DNA of 64,000 bases from Candidatus Sumerlaeaceae bacterium. Lineage in GTDB: Bacteria; Sumerlaeota; Sumerlaeia; Sumerlaeales; Sumerlaeaceae. A program made the position numbers and the translations under genes. Shown here in pieces: positions 57,575 to 64,000 of the stretch. The first letter of the stretch is position 1; each line of letters opens with the position of its first letter. The notes below the pieces were generated by a model. The model was not told the origin of the DNA. It did not search any database and saw only the letters and a list, made by a program, of their open reading frames with translations. The stretch covers positions 429,495-493,494 of the forward strand of contig JBMFRB010000001.1 in assembly GCA_049968255.1 (NCBI GenBank). The letters are read 5' to 3'.

Positions 57575-58255
57575 TCAATCTTGCTTGAGAAATCGGCCGA
57601 TAAAGACGTGTGCATCCTTCTTTTTGAGTGAGCCGTAGACTCCAAATCCATCAGTGAGCAGACGCTTGCCGTCAATGCGCTCGCGCGAGTGCTCAATGCC
57701 ATCGTTGATCTGTGAAAGGAAGAAGACAGAGCCATCATTGTAGTGGCCAATCTGCTTGAAGGTGCTACCATCGGGCTGTTGCACCGTGCAGAAGATTTTT
57801 TCGCCTTCCACTGTGTAAATGGCGGTGACTTTTGTGACCCACAACTTGGAAATGAGATCGCCGCTCCACATTTCCATTTTCATGGAGCCATCCGCTTGTG
57901 GCGTGAAGGTGATGCGCATTTTGTTGTGCTGTTCGAGACGCCCCTCCACAGAATAGACCCAGAAATCTCCCTGCCACGTGCCCGCGTAGCGCTGGAAAAG
58001 ATCCTTTGGTGGCTTCTCCCAATCGAGGGCAGCTTTGAGCTTTTTTACCTGCGCGGGATCAGGTGTTGGAGTGGCGGAGGTCAGTTTGTCGCCACCGGCC
58101 CGTTTGGCGTTGGGGCCCTTCTCTGCAGCAGCGGCCTGTTCTTGTTGCGTTTGATCCTTGCCGAGAAAATTCGAGAGCCAGCCAGCCCGTGCCGGCATAG
58201 GAGTAAAAACAAGTGTTAAAATAGTGACCGCAAGTAGTACTAAAATCCTACGCAT
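57575..58255 (-). CDS. Exported hypothetical beta-rich protein
   Basis: AAAGGA RBS; signal peptide MRRILVLLAVTILTLVFTPMPARA; AGTWQG motif and alternating beta-strand pattern. Confidence 0.7.
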   Translation of the reverse strand: MRRILVLLAVTILTLVFTPMPARAGWLSNFLGKDQTQQEQAAAAEKGPNAKRAGGDKLTSATPTPDPAQVKKLKAALDWEKPPKDLFQRYAGTWQGDFWVYSVEGRLEQHNKMRITFTPQADGSMKMEMWSGDLISKLWVTKVTAIYTVEGEKIFCTVQQPDGSTFKQIGHYNDGSVFFLSQINDGIEHSRERIDGKRLLTDGFGVYGSLKKKDAHVFIGRFLKQD

Positions 58256-58343
58256 ACGTGTATTTCCTTTTCGAGAGTGTGCTTTGGCCCCGATGAGCCA
58301 AAGCGCATCGCAACTCACTGACTTCGTGCAACAATGCAAGAGA

Positions 58344-59300
58344 ATGGATAATCGCGTGGCAACAACAATTCGGCCGGAAGTCGCACGACTTCAGCAAAAT
58401 ATCGAGCAAGTCATCAAGGGCAAGTCGGAGGTTGTGAAAAACCTTCTCATTGGTTTTCTCGCACAGGGGCACATTCTGCTGGAGGACGTGCCTGGGGTGG
58501 GCAAAACGACGCTGGCGCAGCTTTTGGCCCGATCGCTGAACCTGAGTTTTTCGCGGATTCAATTCACAAGCGACCTGCTGCCTTCGGACATTATTGGCGC
58601 AGTGATTTTCAATCAGAGCTCGCATGAATTTGAGTTCAAACCCGGACCGATCTTCGCGAATGTCGTGTTGGCCGACGAGATTAACCGCACTACGCCCAAA
58701 ACGCAGTCGGCCCTGCTGGAGGCCATGAATAGCGCTCAGGTGTCTGTAGACAAACACACCTACGATTTGCCGCGGCCTTTCATGGTGATCGCCACACAAA
58801 ACCCTATCGAATTCCATGGGACATTTCCGTTGCCCAAATCGCAAATGGATCGCTTCTTGATGCGCTTGGAAGTTGGCTACCCGAGCATCGAAGACGAAGT
58901 GGAGATCCTACGTGACCAGCGCGAGGTTGGCTACATCGAGTTTGTGAAACCCGTGTTAGAAGCTCAGGATGTGCTCGATCTTCAGAGACGCGTGCAAAAG
59001 GTTGAGATTGCTGATGAGCTGCTCCATTACCTCGCAAGAATTGTGACAGCGACGCGTGAATCGCAGCTCATCGAATTGGGCGCGAGCACTCGTGCTGCTC
59101 TAGCACTGCGCCGTGCCGCACAGGCGCGCGCATTCTATGAGGGCCGCGATTATTGCATTCCCGACGACATCAAAACGATGGTGGTGCCGGTGCTGGCCCA
59201 TCGGATTCAGGCTGTGCGTACGTTTGAGCACAACGGCGCCGAATCCGAAGAGGTACGAGCCCTGCAAAGAATTTTGCAAGAGGTGGAGGCCCCCCTCTGA
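58344..59300 (+). CDS. MoxR family AAA+ ATPase
   Basis: LLEDVPGVGKT, RIQFTSDLLPSD, LADEINR, QSALLEAM, ATQNP, MDRF, VLAHR. Confidence 0.93.
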   Translation: MDNRVATTIRPEVARLQQNIEQVIKGKSEVVKNLLIGFLAQGHILLEDVPGVGKTTLAQLLARSLNLSFSRIQFTSDLLPSDIIGAVIFNQSSHEFEFKPGPIFANVVLADEINRTTPKTQSALLEAMNSAQVSVDKHTYDLPRPFMVIATQNPIEFHGTFPLPKSQMDRFLMRLEVGYPSIEDEVEILRDQREVGYIEFVKPVLEAQDVLDLQRRVQKVEIADELLHYLARIVTATRESQLIELGASTRAALALRRAAQARAFYEGRDYCIPDDIKTMVVPVLAHRIQAVRTFEHNGAESEEVRALQRILQEVEAPL

Positions 59301-59563
59301 TAGACCGAAATGCTCTGACATTGGAGAATGGATGGGCAGCGCGTAGCGCGCAAATTTAGCCAACATGAGGCGTCGCGCTCAAGGCAAGACGCCTCCCTGA
59401 GGCGAAGCCTGCTGCTATGAGGCTCAGACCGGACAGAGGGAACGCACACCAGCTGCGTGACAAGGTTTTTTCGCAATACGATTTTCACCGAAGGATAAAC
59501 TTGTTTCGCTTCAGGAGCGCACTGCACAACGGGGAACGTATGGCTTGAGAGAGAATCTGGCGT

Positions 59564-61294
59564 TCAGTGGCCGGACGCCACGGCTTCGCACGGTGCGGGA
59601 GCAGACACGTCCTTGGGTGTTGGTTTTGCTTGGGATGCTTGTGCGCAAGCTTTTCTATTTTTCAGGAATCCGGTCAAGCGGCGCTTGGCTGCTCGTGCGC
59701 GTTCCGAAACCCAGAGGAACTGACGGAAGCCGCGGCGCGCCTTGATGTAATGAAGCTCCGCTTCGAGCTCGCGTAGGCGGTCCGCCAGCCGATAGACCTC
59801 GCGTAGATAATTGTCCGCGAGAATTTTCGAATCGAGCCCCTCATGTGTGAGGCGCACTGTTGTTCCCGCAATAGCTTCGAGCAGTGAAGGATTGCGGCGC
59901 AGCTCCTCATTGTTGAGGAGGAATTCGGCATCTTTGTCCGACAGATCCACCGTTGAGGCGATGTAATAGAGCGCATTCCAGTAGCGGAAGCGCTGGTAGT
60001 CCGCGACAGGGGATATGCCTGCTTCCTTACACATATGCCAGATAGGCATGCCAGGATAAATGATAAGGATGCCCATGCGCATCTCGTAAGGTTTGGGCAG
60101 TTCACGAAGAAGCTCGAACGTCGCACGACAGTCTTCGTCCGTTTCGAAGGGGTTGTTCGTGATAATGTCATAAAACGCCCGAAGACCGGAAGCGTGGATA
60201 TTGTGTGCCGCTTCAAGCACGCGTTCGCGTGTCGTGCGTCGATCGTAGAGCTCGTTCGCAATGCGTTCGCTTCCGCTCTGGATTCCCATCGCGACAAATT
60301 CCGCATGATGGTCTTTGAGAATCTGCAGCATCTCTGGGCGCGCGTAGTTGGGATGTGTCTGGCACCCAAAGGGCATTCGGATACGCGCCGAATACTCGTT
60401 GAAAAACTCGCGCATGCGCTCGGGACGGACCGTGAATATGTCGTCTTCGATTTCGAGATAAAAGTTGCCCATGCGCGCTTTGGCCTCCTCGAGCTCCTGC
60501 ATGCAATGGGGAATCGAGCGAAAGCGCAATTTGGCAATGTCCGGCATGACATTTTTTGTTAGCGAATAAACACAATAGGTACAGACGTAGGGACAGCCGC
60601 GGCTGGTGAGGATTTTGTAGTAAGTGTGAAGCTCGCTAAAATCGTGGGGGCGTCCTTCCAACAGTTCATTATCGTCGAGGTAGTAAATCCCTTCCGGGCC
60701 AAAATAGGGATAAGGGATCGAGTCAAGGTCCTTTACGACCGGACCGACAGGATTGCGATGGAGCTTGCCCCGCTCGCGCCAAACGATGTTGGGGGTTTGA
60801 CGCCAATCTTTGCCTTCCTCGAGTGCCTTGAGAAAATCGCCAAGAATGAGATCACATTCGCCGACGAACGCCACGTCGCAGAATTCTGCTGATCCGATGG
60901 GATCGAGTGTGACGTGCGGCCCTCCCCACGAAACCACAGCTTCAGGCGCTGTTTGCTTTGCAATTTGCGCAAGGCGTTTGGCCTGGGCCACAAAAGCCGT
61001 GTAGACGCTGATGCCAATAAAATGAGGGCGAATTTTACGGATAAGCTGCTGGAGCAACTCCTTTTCGGTGGGCGAAAGCGGCTCGGGGTAAGAAAGAATT
61101 TTGAGTCCGCCGCCTGGCAGAACACTCACCTGCCAAAGCGGGTCCCAGCCATCGTTGCTGGGGATATCGCGCGTACGCGTGAGCTTGGCGCAAACCAGGT
61201 AGGCCTCGTGTCCCTCGGCGCGCAGATTTGCAACAAGTTGTCGCGTGCCAAGGTCCGATTCATTGTAGGGCGTGATGAGGAGCACTCGCGCCAT
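59564..61294 (-). CDS. B12-binding domain radical SAM protein (paralog 2)
   Basis: N-terminal Rossmann-like cobalamin domain (IGISV, WGGPHVT, GE.D), SRGCPYVCTYC, EDDIF, GIQSGS.RI, NPFET.ED. Confidence 0.9.
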   Translation of the reverse strand: MARVLLITPYNESDLGTRQLVANLRAEGHEAYLVCAKLTRTRDIPSNDGWDPLWQVSVLPGGGLKILSYPEPLSPTEKELLQQLIRKIRPHFIGISVYTAFVAQAKRLAQIAKQTAPEAVVSWGGPHVTLDPIGSAEFCDVAFVGECDLILGDFLKALEEGKDWRQTPNIVWRERGKLHRNPVGPVVKDLDSIPYPYFGPEGIYYLDDNELLEGRPHDFSELHTYYKILTSRGCPYVCTYCVYSLTKNVMPDIAKLRFRSIPHCMQELEEAKARMGNFYLEIEDDIFTVRPERMREFFNEYSARIRMPFGCQTHPNYARPEMLQILKDHHAEFVAMGIQSGSERIANELYDRRTTRERVLEAAHNIHASGLRAFYDIITNNPFETDEDCRATFELLRELPKPYEMRMGILIIYPGMPIWHMCKEAGISPVADYQRFRYWNALYYIASTVDLSDKDAEFLLNNEELRRNPSLLEAIAGTTVRLTHEGLDSKILADNYLREVYRLADRLRELEAELHYIKARRGFRQFLWVSERARAAKRRLTGFLKNRKACAQASQAKPTPKDVSAPAPCEAVASGH

Positions 61295-61555
61295 GATTTA
61301 GCTGACTCCATCAGAGTTTTACCGCAGCGAACAGCCGGAAATTGTTAATTTCCGCTCAACGCCGAAAATAGTACCTAATGCGTTCGCTTACTGTGTGTCC
61401 ACAAAAAAGTCAAACTTCTTTGCCACCTGAGGTAATAATCCCACGCACAATTGGCACCGCAATAGGAAAGTGATTCTTCTACATACAGCGCGGGCAGCGA
61501 CACATATAGCCACGCAAACAACGGAGCCTAAGCATTTTCCCTGGCGTCTAGCGCG

Positions 61556-63367
61556 CTAGATTCCGATCTGACGTGCGAGCCGCTCGCCGCTGGGATTAGT
61601 CGGCATCGCCAAATGATCGTTGGCATGCCCATTCCCGTTGCGAGCGCAGCCACACGGGTCTGCTGCCTGTGATGCATAAGCCTCACGTTGATTTTGCGCG
61701 TGAGTACCAGTTCCATTGCCATTGTGATAATGGGGCTTCAACCCGAGCACGTCGTGCTTGAGGTGACGCAAGCGATCGGAAATACGAAGGAATTGTTCAA
61801 AGCCTCGGCGCGCCTTGATATAGCGCAGTTCTTCCTCGAGTTCATGAACTCGTGCGGCCAGCCGACGCACTTCCCGCAAATAGTTGTTTGCGATGCTGCA
61901 GAGCTCCCCATTTTGACGAACAAACCGAACCGTGGTGGCCACGACGGATTCCAGAAGCGAAGGATCGCGGCGGAACTGTTGGTTTTGCAAAAGCTCCTCG
62001 GCCTGCTCATCGCTCAGGTCCACCGTAGAGGCTAAGTAATAGAGTGCGTTCCAGAAGCGATACTGCTGGAAATCCACCACGCGCGGCAGTCCACGCTCCT
62101 CACGCATTCGGGAGATAGCAATACCTGGGTAAAAATTCAAAATCCCCATCTGAAGGCCGTAGGGTTTGGGAATTTGACGCAAAAGTTGGAAGGTCTCAAC
62201 CCGGTCCTCTTCTGTCTCGAATGGGTTGTTTGAGATGATATCATAAAACACGCGGATGCCAGATTCGTGGATATTTTTCGCAGCCTGCAAAACGGTGGCG
62301 TTGGTGACGCGTCGATCGAAGATTTCCGTCGCTATGCGATCGCTGCCTGTCTGGATCCCCATGATGATGAACTCGACATTGTTTTCTTTGAGGATCTGCA
62401 GCATTTCCGGGCGCGCATAGTTGGGGTGCGTGTAGCACCAGAAAGGCATCCGGATGCGACGTGCGTACTCTTTGAAGAACTCGCGCATGCGCTCGGGTTT
62501 GACGGTGAAAATGTCGTCCTCAATCTCCATGAAAAAGTGGCCCATGCGCGCTTTGGCTTCCTCGAGCTCGCGCATGCAGTGATCAATCGAGCGGAATCGA
62601 AGGCGCGACGTGTCGGGCATGACCTCTTTCTGAAAAGAAAGCATGCAGAACGTGCAGGCATAAGGACAGCCGCGGGTCGTCATGATTTTGAATGACGAGT
62701 TCAACTCACTCGAGGGAAAGGGACGGCCTTCTATGAGCTCATCGTCTTCGAGATAATAAGCGCCTTCAGAGCCAAAAAAGGTGAACGGGAGTGAGTCGAG
62801 GTCCTTGATGACGGGACTGACTGGCTGACGATGGACTTTGCCTTGTTCGCGCCAGACAATGTTGGGGGTCTGGCGCCAATCCCTGCCGGTATCAAGGGCA
62901 CGAGCAAATTCCACGAGCGGAAGATCACATTCGCCCACAAAGGCCACATCGCAGAGTGCTGCCGAACCAACAGGATCCAAGGTCACGTGCGGGCCACCCC
63001 AGCCGACGATGGCGTCGGGAACGGTGCGACGAATCACGGCTGTGACCTGATTTGCCTGTGGAACAAAAGCAGAGTAAACGCTGAGGCCGACAAAATGGGG
63101 GCGGCTCCTCCGCAGGAGATCCTCCAACAAGTGGATTTCATGCTCGGAGAGTGGGTAAGGATAGGAAAGAACGCAGCGCCCGCCCGATGGAGTGAGCTCG
63201 GTCTGCCAATCGGGATACCATTCTTCGTCTGGGGCAAGATCTTTTTTCCTGTACTGCTTTAGGCAGAGTAGATACGCTTCGTGTCCCTCTGCCCGTAGCT
63301 CGGACACAAGCTGGCGGACTCCTAAATTGAACTCGTTGTACAGCGTGATGAGTAGGAATCGTGCCAT
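61556..63367 (-). CDS. B12-binding domain radical SAM protein (paralog 1)
   Basis: ATG at 63367 after GAGGGAG; WGGPHVT, TRGCPYACTFC, EDDIF, GIQTGS.RI, NPFET.ED. Confidence 0.9.
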   Translation of the reverse strand: MARFLLITLYNEFNLGVRQLVSELRAEGHEAYLLCLKQYRKKDLAPDEEWYPDWQTELTPSGGRCVLSYPYPLSEHEIHLLEDLLRRSRPHFVGLSVYSAFVPQANQVTAVIRRTVPDAIVGWGGPHVTLDPVGSAALCDVAFVGECDLPLVEFARALDTGRDWRQTPNIVWREQGKVHRQPVSPVIKDLDSLPFTFFGSEGAYYLEDDELIEGRPFPSSELNSSFKIMTTRGCPYACTFCMLSFQKEVMPDTSRLRFRSIDHCMRELEEAKARMGHFFMEIEDDIFTVKPERMREFFKEYARRIRMPFWCYTHPNYARPEMLQILKENNVEFIIMGIQTGSDRIATEIFDRRVTNATVLQAAKNIHESGIRVFYDIISNNPFETEEDRVETFQLLRQIPKPYGLQMGILNFYPGIAISRMREERGLPRVVDFQQYRFWNALYYLASTVDLSDEQAEELLQNQQFRRDPSLLESVVATTVRFVRQNGELCSIANNYLREVRRLAARVHELEEELRYIKARRGFEQFLRISDRLRHLKHDVLGLKPHYHNGNGTGTHAQNQREAYASQAADPCGCARNGNGHANDHLAMPTNPSGERLARQIGI

Positions 63368-63558
63368 GTTTTTCTCCCTCTTGTTGCTACGATTTTCAAA
63401 ATGCACTCAAGAGCATTCAATAACTCATTCACAATAGTACCAACCTATTACCATATGGCACTTAGAACATCGTTCGTTGCAATCAAAAAGAAAGAGCGGA
63501 AGGATCTTTTCGATCCCTCCGCCAGTCATTTGATGTTGCCAGCGTTCGGCCCAGTTGC

Positions 63559-64000
63559 TTATGGCTCAGGTTCGTCTGCGACGTACACCCGAATCTTGTC
63601 GACAGTATAGAGCATACCCTCGTTATTCTGGTCAACGCCGCTGCTCCATGTGTCGAGCAAGCCGAAGCCGATCTTCAGGTCGCGCCGCGGTGAAGCCACG
63701 TTCTGCCCAGGTCCTGGCAACGAGGTCAGGTTGGGCATCTTCGTGGTAATCGGGCCAGAGACATCCGGCCGGATCTCGCCGTTGAGCGGTGAGCTCAACA
63801 ACAGTGTGTACCAGCAACCATTTTCACCCGGCACTTCTTTGTCGGGGTTCTGGTTGCCGACACCCGGCAGATGCTGCCACGCCAAGGCTCTCGCCTGCGC
63901 CCCAGGCAACGCGTATGCACCACCAACCTCGTACAGCAGGTTGTACAGGAACGCGCCAAAGCGGAGATACAGACGCATCTGCGCCTGTGCGTTCGAGTTA
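63559..64000 (-). CDS. C-terminal part of a hypothetical protein (partial)
   Basis: The frame stays open past the ATG at 63978 to the window edge (NSNAQAQMRLYLRFG...); no recognised motif. Confidence 0.6.
   Translation of the reverse strand, partial: NSNAQAQMRLYLRFGAFLYNLLYEVGGAYALPGAQARALAWQHLPGVGNQNPDKEVPGENGCWYTLLLSSPLNGEIRPDVSGPITTKMPNLTSLPGPGQNVASPRRDLKIGFGLLDTWSSGVDQNNEGMLYTVDKIRVYVADEPEP

Noticed and set aside
1-64000. CRISPR arrays, IS elements, reverse transcriptases, prophage
   Set aside because: No regularly spaced direct repeats and no transposase, integrase, RT or phage structural motifs in any ORF.

Overview
A gene-dense, moderately GC-rich bacterial chromosomal window with about 55 CDS and one tRNA-Ser(GCT). 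I see no CRISPR array, transposase, integrase or prophage. Housekeeping genes include ispE, spoVG, tolB, acnA, argB, thrC, thiE, glgC, glgA, cysC, phoH and yraN. The window opens with an organoarsenical/redox cluster (ArsR, ArsP, Trx/ArsE, ArsF, ArsG, DGC). It also holds a type IV pilus toolkit (PilT, two pilins sharing an unusual C-terminal YDPTNGTVSxGD motif, candidate glycosylation enzymes) and a rich phospho-signalling set. The most notable observations are: (1) a 1613-aa receptor-type Ser/Thr kinase with an extracellular FG-GAP propeller, a TM helix, a long TPR rod and a C-terminal kinase. It shares a homologous ~110-aa 'YRDV' TPR module with a membrane TPR protein that sits in a FimV-like/dual-receiver cluster, which suggests an undescribed pilus/polarity signalling circuit. 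(2) A tandem pair of B12-binding radical SAM paralogs with coiled-coil/amphipathic tails. (3) A multi-hairpin leader upstream of an M16 peptidase. TolB together with SLH, SpoVG, bacilliredoxin and PgpH-like genes suggests a deep-branching diderm, possibly Sumerlaeota/BRC1 (inference only). All family assignments come from reading motifs by eye; no searches were run.
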